64,000 bases of DNA, from positions 2,016,001 to 2,080,000 of the forward strand of contig CP067995.1 of assembly GCA_045159875.1 (NCBI GenBank), read 5' to 3'. Made by a program: the position numbers and the translations under genes. The stretch comes from a cyanobacterium endosymbiont of Rhopalodia gibba. GTDB lineage: Bacteria; Cyanobacteriota; Cyanobacteriia; Cyanobacteriales; Microcystaceae. Below, in pieces: positions 36,998-48,916 of this stretch (position 1 is the first letter of the stretch; each line of letters begins with the position of its first letter). Below the pieces are notes generated by a model. The model was given only the letters and a program-made list of their open reading frames with translations, had not been told where the DNA came from and ran no database searches.

Positions 36998-37591
36998 ATG
37001 AAAACTTTAGAAGCGATTTATCAATATCGTTCTGTAAAAGGTTACGGTCCTAACCAGAAAATAACTCCTAAAGAAGAACAGAATCTTCTTCAGGCAAGGA
37101 TTTAATCTCCAACCAGTTTTCATATTCAATATTGGCGTTTCGTTATTCTTCGAAATACAAAATTACGACAAAAAATCATAAAAAATTTAGTAATTATTAA
37201 GTTCAAATGACGGATGCTTCTTTACTGATTATATTTACAGCAGATATGAAAGCTTGGCAAAAAAAACCTCAACGTTATTGGCGTAATGCTCCTCAAGAAG
37301 TAGCGAATTGATTAGTTAATTGCATGAGTATCTTTTATGAAATACGGGAATGGTTATAACGAGATGAAGCTCAAGGTTCAATTGGTATAGAAATGCAGAC
37401 TCTAATGTTAATAGCTAAAGCGCTCTTGTCCAATTATTGGTTTTAATATTAATAAAGTGGCAAAGCTCATTGACTTACCAGATAATTATCTAATCGGTCC
37501 AATGGTAACAATTCGCAAAAAAGTAAAAAAGCCTTGGACTAAACCTAGACAATTAACGCTGGATGAGTTAGTAGTTAAAAATAAATTTTAA
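36998..37591 (+). pseudogene. drgA: Nitroreductase (DrgA-like) pseudogene
   Basis: MKTLEAIYQYRSVKGY...*SPTSFHIQYWRFVILR, QMTDASLL..DMKAWQKKPQRYWRNAPQEVAN*, RDEAQGSIGIEMQTLML and CPIIGF; stops and frameshifts. Confidence 0.9.
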
Positions 37592-38229
37592 ATGGTAGAT
37601 TTTAGTTAAAAAATATCAGATTTTATTAGGAAAATAAGAGAATAATTAAACTTTTTTAAAATAAAAATTGACAATACTTTAGGTCCATAGTGCCGGATAT
37701 TAATTAATACATGCTACTCCATTTATATATATTTTTTTAATAAATTTTTATATTTAATATAATTACAAATTTGCAAAATATTGACTACTTTCTCTTAGAG
37801 AAGTTTACTAATAAATAAAATCTTAACATAAAATATAAGTATATTTTAAATATTCATAGAGATAAAATATCTAATTTTCTTAGTTCTCTTATAGAAAAAC
37901 ACTTTTATATAAAAAAGTGTCTTATATTGTTAAATAAAAATAAAAATTCAACGTATATATTTTTACTCTTTATTTAAATTTAAAGACAGTATTTGCCTTA
38001 ACAAGTCTTTATAATATTTAGTCATTAATATACAACTTAGTCTAGAGTAGACTCAGAAAAAATTAGATTATTAAAACCGATTATTTTTAGCTATTAATTA
38101 TTTAATACAAAAGGCTTTTAAAGTTTTTTATTATGAAATTACCAAGTTAAATCAAGATTACATAAAAATAAAAAAATTCAGCAATAAAAGAGAATGTGGT
38201 GTAAATTTAGTTAACTTTAAAAGGTCAAC

Positions 38230-38760
38230 TGATAATAAACTTTAGCCAACCTTTCAACTTTGTCTCTATAAATCTCAAGGTTAGAGAAAAAAAGAATACC
38301 AGTTGTTCCTTTGCTTATATTTTCGATCCTCACCCTGATGATTTCAGTATGTTAGAGAAACAATTAGTCTCTTACGGTTTTTAAATTGTCATTCCTCATT
38401 ACATTAGTGGTGATACAGAAAAATGAGAGAAGATAGTTAATAGTTACTCTCTTGAATAGGATTATTTGTAATAATTTATTTGCCGACTGTTAGATGTTAG
38501 TTCTATTCTAGATAAGTCAGAAAGTAGAAATAAAACATAATTTATGACAGGTCTTAATTAGATAAGGTTGGTATCTTAGAACATTTTTTTTTGCACTTGC
38601 TGAGGACTGGAAGCTAATGTCAAACCTTAAATTTACCTATTCAAGACTATAATTTTTAAGCTTCAAAAGTAATGGTGATTAGGATTACAAATACTGTCAA
38701 TAGTATTATTGTTGAGTAACAAAGATTAAGTAAAGTTAATCCTCTCATCATTTCGGTGCC
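38230..38760 (+). pseudogene. Alpha/beta hydrolase remnant (cyanobacterial dienelactone-hydrolase-like)
   Basis: Fragments DFSMLEKQLVSYGF*IVIPHYISGD, FICRLLDVSSILDKSESRN and LDKVGILEH resemble HLASYGFxVxxPxHxGSD...RPxDxSxxLD...VGxxGHS. Confidence 0.6.
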
Positions 38761-39995
38761 ATAACAACTTTACTAGCTTTATCGATCAATCATTAAGATA
38801 ATAATTACTATTTGTCTGCAGTTCTTGAACTCTTATACTATTTTCGCTAAGTCAGAATTTTTAAATTAATGGCTGTTATGCCTGTAAATTATCTTTGATA
38901 ATAGCAACGTCTTCTGATTGTTCAGTCAATTTATGCTCAAAATCTTTAATTTTTTGCTGAATCTCTTTTTAAGTACTCTCTATTTTCTGTTTTAGTCTAA
39001 AAAATATTTTTTATAGAGGATAAGTGAATGCCCTTTGTTGGCTCATGGATTAAACTCCTAAATACTAATTATTGATTGATAGTTGTTCTTCTCTCATCTA
39101 TGATGCTAAATTTAATTGTTATACTCCCCTAAAAAAATATATTTATGAACTCAAGACTCATATATTAATTAATATTGATAATCTTCCTATAAATAAGATT
39201 TTTTTATGTTTTCCTAGATCCTTAGCCAAATGTTCATGAACTAAATTCGAGCATTTTGTATTTACTTATGGAATTTAATTCTATAAAGTTTATTCTGCTC
39301 TAAGTTCATTAAAAATGCATATATTATCTTTATCTTCTAGATATTTTTTTTCGGATTTTTAATTTTTATTTAAAAATAAAATTTTTAATAGATATTTCTT
39401 ATTCAATAAGCTCTTCTCTTGTATGTTTTGGTCTTGGATTTTAACAAGAATATCTGAGCCTTCTTCAATAATTTCATCCTCTTTAATTCCAAACTTTTTT
39501 GACATAATTTTTTAGTCTATCCAACGAGTTATTTTCAGTCTTATCGATACTTATCCATCTGCTGCTCTCAATTTTCATTTAGGGACTAATTGTTCAAGTT
39601 GTTTATTTGGTTAATATAGTTTTTTTTACTTTTCTTTACTTAAAACTCTTATGTTTAAAGATTTTAACTCTTTCTTTTCCCAATTAATTATATTTTCGAG
39701 AATCTCCTCATTGTAATTGAAACTTATTTTTACAGCGCACACACTATTTTTGAAAGTCCATCCCTAAGACGCTTACAAAAGTAAATGCTATCTTCTTAAG
39801 AAGACAAAATTTTAACCTTTCATAAAATTACATTTCAGTCTAAGTGAACTAAGATGCTGAGTTAAATAAGATTTTCTAGACATTATTTCTGTCTATATTA
39901 TTTACCTCTTATTGTAATTCTAAGTTTGTTTTCCTAAACAAATTTTAGTATAATCACTTTTTTAAAAAATGTAGATTCACACGCATTTAGAACAG

Positions 39996-41936
39996 TTAAT
40001 TCTGATTTTTTATAGAGTCTCTTTTATCATCAATTATTGCAGAATGATACTTTGTTTTGTGTGAACACAATTCCAAATACACCAACAAAGCGTTAATATC
40101 AGCAGGGTTAACTCCCCCAATACGGGATGCTTGACCTAGGGTTAAAGGTTTTACTTCAGTTAATTTTTCCCTAGATTCCATTGACAATGTTTCAATTTTC
40201 ATGTAGTTTAAGTTTGCTGGTAATTGGCGATTACTATGACGACTAATTTGGTCAATTTGGTTTTGTTGGCGTTTCAAATAACCAGAGTATTTAATATCGA
40301 TTTCTGCTCTTTGTTTTTCTACTGAACTAAGTTGAGAATTTCCTAATCCATAATGATCTAAGTTAGTATAATGAAACCCAGGACGGCGTAACAAATCGGC
40401 TAAAGTAATTGATCCTTTAATCTTTTGTTGAGTTTCTGTTGCAATGGCAATTCCGACCTTATCCGTCCCTTTAATTCTAGTTTCGCAAAGACGTTTTTTT
40501 TCTACAGAAATACTATCTTGTTTCGTTTTAAAAAGTTGCCAGCGACGATTATCAATTAACCCAATTTTTCTACCTAACGGTGTTAACCGTTGATCGGCAT
40601 TATCTGACCTTAAAATTAGACGATATTCCGACCGAGAGGTTAACATTCGATAAGGTTCTCGTAAATCTTTGGTACACAAATCATCAATTAAAGTTCCCAG
40701 ATAACTTTCTTCTCGTGGGAAGATAATCATCTCTTGATTTTTAACGAACTGAACTGCATTAATTCCTGCCACAATGCCTTGGGCTGCTGCTTCTTCATAT
40801 CCCGTCGTTCCATTGACTTGACCAGCGCAAAATAACCCTTCAATTTTCTTAGTCATCAGGGTAGGATAACATTGGGTAGCAGGAAGATAATCATATTCCA
40901 CCGCGTATGCGGGCCGTAACATTTCGCATTTTTCTAACCCTGGAAGGGTTCTTAACATCGCTAATTGAATATTTTCGGGAAGTCCCGTAGAAAATCCTTG
41001 AATATAAAGCTCACGAATATCTCGTCCTTCAGGTTCAATGAAAATTTGATGACTTTCTTTATCTGCAAACCGAACAATTTTATCTTCAATAGAAGGACAG
41101 TAACGAGGACCTTTAGAGTCGATGAACCCTCCGTAAATTGGAGATAGGTGTAAATTATTATTAATGATCTGATGAGTTTGGACTGTGGTTCTGGTCAAAT
41201 AACAGTTCATTTGTTCTCGTTCAATCCAAACTTCAGGATCAAAACTAAACCAACGTACTTCATCGTCAGGGGGTTGAAGCTCTAAATTACGATAGTCGAC
41301 TGATCGTTTATCCACTCTAGCAGGAGTTCCAGTTTTAAGTCTTCCAGTTTCAAACCCCAATTTATTCAAAGTTTCAGTAAGTCCTACTGCTGCAAACTCT
41401 CCGGCTCTACCTGCTTCCATCGATTTATTCCCAATCCAAATACGACCCCTTAAAAAAGTTCCGGTAGTTAAAACAACTGCTTGTGCGCCGAAACAAGTAC
41501 CAAAGTAGGTTTCAATGCCGATCACTTGATCATTTTTTCCTATGACTAAATCCGTCGCCATACCTTCACGAATTGTTAAATTGTCTTGATTTTCAACAAT
41601 TTTTGTCATTACTGCTGAATATTCCCGTTTATCGGTCTGTGCACGTAATGCCCACACTGCAGGACCTCTTGAGCTGTTAAGAACTCGTTTTTGCAAATAG
41701 GTACGGTCTGCCATTTTGCCGATTTCTCCCCCTAATGCGTCTACCTCATGAGTAAGTTGAGACTTCGCTAGTCCTCCCACTGCGGGGTTACAAGGTTGCC
41801 AAGCAATTTTATCTAGGTTGATAGTTAACATCAGGGTGCGACATCCACGACGTGCACTCGCTAAAGCTGCCTCGCATCCTGCATGGCCTGCGCCAACAAT
41901 GATGATATCAAAAGTATCTTGGAAATCGATGGTCAT
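39996..41936 (-). CDS. mnmG: tRNA uridine-5-carboxymethylaminomethyl(34) synthesis enzyme
   Basis: [29 protein letters not shown] and [12 protein letters not shown]; start reassigned to ATG 41936 (MTIDFQD). Confidence 0.97.
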   Translation of the reverse strand: MTIDFQDTFDIIIVGAGHAGCEAALASARRGCRTLMLTINLDKIAWQPCNPAVGGLAKSQLTHEVDALGGEIGKMADRTYLQKRVLNSSRGPAVWALRAQTDKREYSAVMTKIVENQDNLTIREGMATDLVIGKNDQVIGIETYFGTCFGAQAVVLTTGTFLRGRIWIGNKSMEAGRAGEFAAVGLTETLNKLGFETGRLKTGTPARVDKRSVDYRNLELQPPDDEVRWFSFDPEVWIEREQMNCYLTRTTVQTHQIINNNLHLSPIYGGFIDSKGPRYCPSIEDKIVRFADKESHQIFIEPEGRDIRELYIQGFSTGLPENIQLAMLRTLPGLEKCEMLRPAYAVEYDYLPATQCYPTLMTKKIEGLFCAGQVNGTTGYEEAAAQGIVAGINAVQFVKNQEMIIFPREESYLGTLIDDLCTKDLREPYRMLTSRSEYRLILRSDNADQRLTPLGRKIGLIDNRRWQLFKTKQDSISVEKKRLCETRIKGTDKVGIAIATETQQKIKGSITLADLLRRPGFHYTNLDHYGLGNSQLSSVEKQRAEIDIKYSGYLKRQQNQIDQISRHSNRQLPANLNYMKIETLSMESREKLTEVKPLTLGQASRIGGVNPADINALLVYLELCSHKTKYHSAIIDDKRDSIKNQN

Positions 41937-42318
41937 TAGATATACGAAAAAATACAGCTTCTCTGACTTATAGAATAACAAATTTTGAGATTTATTTTAT
42001 AAATGAGTAATTGATTACTCATTGTTGAATCAATTCAGAGAAGATTATATATATAAAGATAGTTTAATCATGTTTCTAATATTTTATTTACTCTTAAGCC
42101 AAATGAATTTGCAAGTTAAGTATCGGGATATTTTCTTGATTTAATTAACTTTTAAATATTACTTATTGAATTGATAATCATTTTCTTCATGACCATAGCA
42201 ACTGAGATTTTTTGTCCTTTATATTGGATGATGAGACTTGGCAAAATTTGTATCTCAGGTTAAGCTCTAAGCGGAATCATAATCTGATCTAATTTTCTCG
42301 TGTGGTGTTGAGAAGTTA

Positions 42319-42546
42319 ATGAAAGTACAGACCCCCCAACTTCGAACTCTTCCCTGGGGCTTACTCCGGGAGTTTTTATTACTAACTAGTGTATTAGGCA
42401 CTTCTGCTGGTCTAGGTTTTGGAGCTGCCATAACGTTAAACCGCCCTGTTGAGCCTGGAGGAACTGTTTTGCATTCGGAACAGTCCTTTCCTCCTCGTCA
42501 GGACTGGCCAATTGGACCAACCGTAGGGACTGTTTTACCGCGTTAA
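42319..42546 (+). CDS. Small single-TM membrane protein resembling the C-terminal tail of cyanobacterial Ser/Thr kinases
   Basis: Intact 75-aa ORF of coding-like GC; hydrophobic segment followed by LNRPxEPGxTVLHSEQSFPPRxDWP; hairpin downstream. Confidence 0.6.
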   Translation: MKVQTPQLRTLPWGLLREFLLLTSVLGTSAGLGFGAAITLNRPVEPGGTVLHSEQSFPPRQDWPIGPTVGTVLPR

Positions 42547-42558
42547 GTTAAAAATCGA

Positions 42559-42585
42559 TAGGGGTCGACAGTCGTTTACCCCTAC
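42559..42585 (+). repeat. Degenerate cyanobacterial REP-like repeat
   Basis: TAGGGGTCGACAGTCGTTTACCCCTAC, resembling the GTAGGGGTCAACGGCCGTTGACCCCTAC type; a more eroded copy near 19633-19659. Confidence 0.55.
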
Positions 42586-42759
42586 ACTGTGTAAATAATT
42601 TACATTTTTGTCGTAAATGAATTAATCAGTAGCCAAAAAATCCGAAAATTTCGCTAAATTTTGAAAATTGATGATGTCTTCTAATTCTCAAGCCTCAAAA
42701 ATTTTTTTTATGAGCTTAAGGTAATTGAAAGGCTCTCAGAGACAAAGCAGTAATCACAT

Positions 42760-43075
42760 GCCGACCGAGTTGTTCTCTAATAGAATCTCTTTGGGCAAAA
42801 ATAAGTTATTTATCCTTAGAGGTTTTCGTTTGCACGGTTAAACAATAGTGTAGCTCAGTCTACTATAACCTACTCCCCTTCTCATCGCCGTTGCTAAATC
42901 AAAATCTTGTCGATGTTGATCATTGATTCTGTAGGAAGTTCTCCGTCTAAATTAGGGACAGACTGACCTGAGAGAATGACACCTGTGGGACTCATTAGAA
43001 TAAATTGAGAGATATGGGTTTTACTCAAATAGGATTTAATAGATGCGTTCACCAATGTTTACGACACAGCGTAGA
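42760..43075 (-). pseudogene. Unassigned gene remnant
   Basis: Protein-like read-through TLVNASIKSYLSKTHISQFILMSPTGVILSGQSVPNLDGELPTESMINIDKILI*QRR*EGE*VIVD*ATLLFNRANENL. Confidence 0.35.
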
Positions 43076-43076
43076 C

Positions 43077-43127
43077 GCAGTTCATCATAGAAAAAACAAA
43101 TAATTTGTTTTTTCTATGATGAACTGC
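43077..43127. repeat. Near-perfect 51-bp palindrome
   Basis: GCAGTTCATCATAGAAAAAACAAAT-A-ATTTGTTTTTTCTATGATGAACTGC, 25-bp arms. Confidence 0.9.
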
Positions 43128-43279
43128 CAATAATAACCAGTTGATTGGTCCAATAAAGAATAATTAAAGTTTGATAGACAAATACGTCGGTTTTGAATTC
43201 ATTATTTAATCTTAAAATAGCAGTAATAGTTAAATTACCATGCTGTTTTTTGAATTCTCTTATGAAAACTTAAAAAAGG

Positions 43280-43319
43280 AATCACTAACAAATTAGCATT
43301 TAAGAATTTGTTAGTGATT
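43280..43319. repeat. Perfect inverted repeat
   Basis: AATCACTAACAAATT-N10-AATTTGTTAGTGATT. Confidence 0.75.
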
Positions 43320-44297
43320 AAAAGGACAGAACAATAGTTGCGACAAGCTTTCAGATAGTCACTAAAAAGATAAAAATTGTGTTCGCAAACTCAAGGATGA
43401 TATCCTTTGATAAGCTAATCCAAGTTGCTGTTTACTCAGAAAAAAGTCATATTTATTCCAGTTAATTTTATGATAAATTAAGAGGTTATTTATAGTATAT
43501 TAATTACTTGGAAAACGTTCAGTATCTTTTCATGTTAATCCTATTAATACGCCATTATTAGCTAGATTTTTTTCGTCTTTTATGAGCACATATTCTACAA
43601 ATTTAGCTGTAATAAGATTACGATAAACTAAAAAATGTTACAAATACTTAAGTTTTATAAACTATTATCTAGTATAAATTTTAATGTTTACCTCACTTTT
43701 TACTGAAAATCGGTGTGATTCTACACATTACCATCTTTTTATAGAAAAAAACGCAACGTTAATAATTTTATGAAGTTAGAAATTAGCAACTGCCTTTGAA
43801 AGAGAAATTTATGCCTTATTCTAAATTAGAAATTAAGTCAAAATACTAGTTTTTTTGAGACTAACTATCATAAAAGTATAAGAAATAAAAGCTATAATTT
43901 TCACTTTATAGATATTTATTAATGAAAGACTTGGAAATCATAAGTTGCTGATTTATGGGACTCAGTCTATATTAATTAAATAATATTTTTAATTTTCAGT
44001 TATTATTACTAGTACAAGAAATTTATCGATTTTTAATTATAGTAAATTCAACTATAAAAATTAAAACTTATAGACATTGTTAATAAGTTTATTATAAATA
44101 TTTTAATCTATAGAACTTGCCAATTGAGCTGATAAATTTTAATGGTAAATAATTAGACTTTTATTCACTCTATGTGATAATTTATTTTATACTTTCTAAG
44201 CCTATTAGAGACTGGTTTTTATCAAAATTTGTCGCTAGAATATTATTTCACCACAATAAGTCATAATAGGATATGAAAATTTGTAACCAATTGCACC

Positions 44298-45806
44298 ATG
44301 GCTAGAGATCTACGGGAATTTATTAATCAACTTGAACAACGGGGACAGTTACGCCGGATTAAGGCATTAGTGGATCCTGATTTAGAGATTACAGAAATAT
44401 CTAACCGAATACTACAAGCAGGAGGACCTGGACTCTTATTCGAGAATGTCAAGGGATCGAATTTTCCTTTGGCTATTAACTTAATGGGAACCCTAGAACG
44501 TATCTGTTGGGCGATGAACATGGAAGAACCTCAAGATTTAGAAACTCTAGGTAAAAAATTAGCCATGTTGCAACAACCCAAAATACCCAAAAAAATCTCC
44601 CAAACAATTGATTTTGGTAAAATTCTTTTTGATGTGATTAAGGCGAAACCAGGTAAAAGTTTTTTTCCTCCCTGTCAACAAGTGATAATTGAAGGGGAAA
44701 ACTTAGATCTGAACAGGTTACCTCTGATTCGTCCTTATCGTGGGGATGCGGGAAAAATTATTACGTTGGGACTAGTTATTACTAAAGACTGTGAGACTGG
44801 AACCCCAAATGTGGGAGTTTATCGTTTACAGTTGCAATCTAAAACTACCATGACAGTACATTGGTTGTCCGTCAGAGGTGGGGCGAGACATCTACGAAAA
44901 GCAGCAGAAAATGGTAAAAAATTAGAGATTGCGATCGCTTTAGGAGTCGCTCCCCTAATTATAATGGCTGCGGCTACTCCTATTCCTCTAGACCTATCAG
45001 AATGGCTATTTGCAGGACTATATGGAGGGTCAGGAGTGAAATTGACTAAATGTAAAACTCTAAATCTAGAAGTCCCGGCAGATGCGGAATTTATTCTAGA
45101 AGGGACTATTACTCCAGGCGAAGTTTTACCTGATGGTCCCTTTGGGGATCACATGGGATATTACGGAGGAATAGAAGACTCGCCATTGATTCGCTTTCAC
45201 ACTATAACCCATCGCAAAGAGCCCATTTATTTAACGACATTTAGTGGTCGTCCCCCCAAAGAAGAGGCGATAATGGCAATCGCGTTAAACCGTATTTATA
45301 CTCCGATTTTGCGACAACAAGTCTCAGAAATTACAGACTTTTTCCTACCTATGGAGTCCTTAAGTTATAAAGCAGCAATCATATCTATTGATAAAGCTTA
45401 TCCAGGACAAGCAAGACGAGCAGCTTTAGCTTTTTGGAGTGCTTTGCCTCAGTTTACCTACACCAAATTTGTGATTATTGTAGACAAAGATATTAATATC
45501 CGAGATCCTCGACAAGTAGTTTGGGCAATTAGTTCTAAAGTTGATCCTTCAAGGGATGTTTTTATCCTTTCAGAAACACCTTTTGACACCTTAGATTTTG
45601 CGAGTCAAAAATTGGGGTTAGGAGGCAGAATGGGAATTGACGCTACTACAAAGATGTATCCTGAAACCGACCACAAATGGGGAGAACCTTTAGAACCTGA
45701 CACAGATGTATCTGCGATGGTTAATTGCCGTTGGGTTGAGTACGGTTTAGGGGATATTATCCTAGATAAAGTTAATGATAATCTATTTGGTTATGACATT
45801 AAGTGA
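44298..45806 (+). CDS. ubiD: UbiD-family prenyl-FMN decarboxylase (plastoquinone pathway)
   Basis: DLREFI..LE, LLFENV, NVGVYRLQ, DGPFGDHMGYY and MGIDAT motifs. Confidence 0.95.
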   Translation: MARDLREFINQLEQRGQLRRIKALVDPDLEITEISNRILQAGGPGLLFENVKGSNFPLAINLMGTLERICWAMNMEEPQDLETLGKKLAMLQQPKIPKKISQTIDFGKILFDVIKAKPGKSFFPPCQQVIIEGENLDLNRLPLIRPYRGDAGKIITLGLVITKDCETGTPNVGVYRLQLQSKTTMTVHWLSVRGGARHLRKAAENGKKLEIAIALGVAPLIIMAAATPIPLDLSEWLFAGLYGGSGVKLTKCKTLNLEVPADAEFILEGTITPGEVLPDGPFGDHMGYYGGIEDSPLIRFHTITHRKEPIYLTTFSGRPPKEEAIMAIALNRIYTPILRQQVSEITDFFLPMESLSYKAAIISIDKAYPGQARRAALAFWSALPQFTYTKFVIIVDKDINIRDPRQVVWAISSKVDPSRDVFILSETPFDTLDFASQKLGLGGRMGIDATTKMYPETDHKWGEPLEPDTDVSAMVNCRWVEYGLGDIILDKVNDNLFGYDIK

Positions 45807-46933
45807 ATAGGTGGCTATAAATAAATATAAAAAATGTAACTATTTTTTATGTCTATTTTTAATAAATTAAAGTAAGACTTATATCTCTTGAATTAATATT
45901 TTTTACATTAACTATTTTAGATAAAATTTTGTTCTATTTCCTGGGCTTAAATCATATTTATTCCTAAATATATTTAGGCGATTTTATAAGTTTTTAGTTA
46001 ATACAATTTCTCTTCTACTATATTTCCCTCATACTAGAAGTGGGTATAAAAAATAAAGATAATCCTTTTCCTTTCCATTGTATCAATTTAACTTTTAGCT
46101 AAACTATTTATATGTTGTATCCGCTGAGTAATTCTTCTTGATAAGAAGATATTTATTCCTTTATTTAGATATATTCAAAATATTTTATTTATTATTATTA
46201 CTAGAGTTTCTTCTGTTAATTTTCGAAAAAAATCAGAATTATTCTCTTTTTTAAAGAATCTATTTGAACTAAAAATTATTTGTTTAGTTAAATTTTATGA
46301 TAAACTTATCCTATCTACAATTTCTTTGATTTTCTATTATTCTGTGTTTAAACATAATATTTCTACTTTTGTTTTTGTTATGGCAAATATTTTTAAGCGC
46401 AAGTTAACTTTTATATTTCTTGTATTTATAATTTTATTAGCTGAATCTTTAGGTAGACTGGAATATAGCACTTACTCTTGTTAAACTATTTTTTTATTTT
46501 AGATTTATTTAGAGTTACTCACTCAACTATTCTTCTTTAATTATTATCCCAACTATTTTTATATACATGAAGAAATATTTCATTGACAAAGTATGAATAA
46601 AATTTTTTTAAAAAAAATCGTTACTTTAATATAGACTATTTTCTCCTTATTTTTCAGAGATAAATATGTCTTCGACAAGAAAAACTAATTATTTTAATTC
46701 TTCTAAAGATAATTGTTAATAATTTTCTACAGAGGATTAAATTGGGTTTAAAAAAGCAGTAAAAAAAATGTAAAGAAGTCAACAGAAAATATGGTTAGTC
46801 TATAACTAAACTTTTATTCCTGTCTAATTAGTGTTTAAATCTTAGAAAAGTAATTACTATTTTTTATAGTTTAGAAAATTTATAAATCTGTTAGGATTAT
46901 CTTTATTAAGACAGAGTAAATTTTAAGTTTAGA

Positions 46934-48342
46934 ATAAATATAGATTATAATCTCGTTGTTATTGAAAATACTTGAGAAGCCGTTTCTGCTGTGTTAGAAG
47001 AAGCTACACGTACTTTACGTTTCGTCTAAGTTATGGGAAACAAGAACAATAATCATTAGATAAAAATTGCTCGTTATACTCTCGGTCATTTCACTCATCT
47101 TGAACAACAATGGAAAATAAAAACTCAAGGGGGTCTCGCTCCCAACTTTCTGCTATCTAAATTTAACCCAACTCATATCAAGACTTTGACACAAAAAGTA
47201 AAAGTCAATTTCAAAGAACAACATTCTCCTGTAGTATTAGCAGCAATGGGGGTGGATATCATTATTGAATCTGGAGAGTTTTGTCATTTTTTACAATAAA
47301 CTTTCGTTTTACCTAGTCGAAAATTGCGCTCGCGTACTTATCTTATTGCGACTGGTTCTATTCCTCTAATTCTTCCTATTATTAACCTCTCAGAAGTTGG
47401 TTTTTTAAACCTAAAAACTCTTTCTTTAAATAATCTTCCTCATGAGATAATTGTTCTCAGCAAAACCCCCATTAGAATTGAATTAGCTCCAAATTTAGGT
47501 CGTTTAGGTAAAAAAAATTACTTTAGTCGTTGAACAGTCTAATATTTTACACGAAAAAGATATTTCAATTATTCAACTACTTCAAGGACAATTAGAAGCT
47601 GAAGTTATACAAATATTAACCTAAAGTCCTATAACTTAAGTCAAACAAATTAATAAAAGAAAATAAAAAAAAACTAGAAATAAAGAAATTGAAGCTGAAT
47701 GAAATTATTCTAGCTATGGAAAATCAACCGAATATCAAAGGTTTGAATTTAGAAGAAGTAAAAGTTAAATTAACTTCTCAGAAGATTAAAGTTAATCAAA
47801 AACTACAAATAACTAATACTAAACTTTATACTTGTGGCAGTACTCTTGGTGGCTATAAAACCTCTAATATTGCTAAATATAAAGCTAGTATTGCCATGGA
47901 AAATTTATTGTTTTTTCCTGGTTTTAAAATAAATTATAGTCATTTTTCTTGTGTTACTTTCACCAAACTTACTTTAAGCACTGTTGGACTAACAGAAACA
48001 GAGGTAAGACTACAGAATACAACCAATATTATTGTGATTGAAGAGTATCTTAAAATCTCATATAAAGCCTAGATTATGAGGAAAATAACAGGTGTTTGTA
48101 AATTTATTACTTGGTAGAATGGAGAGATTTTAGATTTTCATTGCCTAGGGTCTCAAGGAGAAGAATTAATCGAAATAATTGAGTTAGCTATCAATCAAAA
48201 AATCCCTATTCAGGATTTAGCACATCTATTTCTCCTTTCTCCAAGTATTTGTGCGATTGTATCAGGGATAGTTCATCAGTCGAAAGATAAAAAATCTCAG
48301 AAAAGTCAATTTTTAAGCAAGTGGTCAGAACAATTATCATGA
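46934..48342 (+). pseudogene. Pyridine nucleotide-disulfide oxidoreductase (mercuric-reductase/LPD-like) pseudogene
   Basis: IDYNLVVIENT*EA, VLAAMGVDIIIESGEF, YLIATGSIP, IELAPNLGRLG, VNQKLQITNTKLYTCG, VGLTETE and NGEILDFH; split into ORFs 47324..47533 and 47689..48072 by stops and frameshifts. Confidence 0.85.
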
Positions 48343-48406
48343 CTTTTCTAGACTAGCTGTTATTTTTTTAGCGAAAAAAACAGAGTTAACATCTGTTCCA
48401 AAAACG

Positions 48407-48916
48407 TTAATCAATAGGGTTTCCTGCGCGATTATAAATCATAATATCCCATTGACCATCTTGAGCAATCTCAAAAACAACAAGATCACCATCTGCATTA
48501 ATCATGGGGTTACGAACCTCTGCTTGTAGATTTTCAGTGAGGCTACGTTTTTGTTGATTCTGACGATCATAAAGATAAATATTCGATTTTCCCTGACGAC
48601 TCGTTGCAAAAACAATGTAGCGGCCATCTTCAGAAATTGAAGGGTGAGAAGCTACTTCATCGAGAGAATTTAGTCCCGGTAAATCAATCAACTGTCGTTT
48701 TTGTGCATTAAATAAATAAACATCTTGAGAGCCATTACGATCAGACACGAAAATGATATAGGAAGAGGTGACTTGGGGGGTTAATTCTGAAGATCGACTA
48801 TTTAATCCTCGTCCCCCCGGATCAAAAGTAAACGTCAGGAGACGGGGATAACTGCCACAACTATTTAAAAGAGTGGTCAAAATCGCCATCGAAATGAGGA
48901 CAAAACACTTCACCAT
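48407..48916 (-). CDS. TolB-like beta-propeller (PD40 repeat) lipoprotein
   Basis: Lipobox-like LLNSC; FVSDRNGSQDVYL and PSISEDGRYIVF repeats. Confidence 0.85.
   Translation of the reverse strand: MVKCFVLISMAILTTLLNSCGSYPRLLTFTFDPGGRGLNSRSSELTPQVTSSYIIFVSDRNGSQDVYLFNAQKRQLIDLPGLNSLDEVASHPSISEDGRYIVFATSRQGKSNIYLYDRQNQQKRSLTENLQAEVRNPMINADGDLVVFEIAQDGQWDIMIYNRAGNPID

Noticed and set aside
45900..46620. Possible CadD-like membrane transporter remnant
   Set aside because: T-rich, hydrophobic-coding appearance only; too eroded to assign
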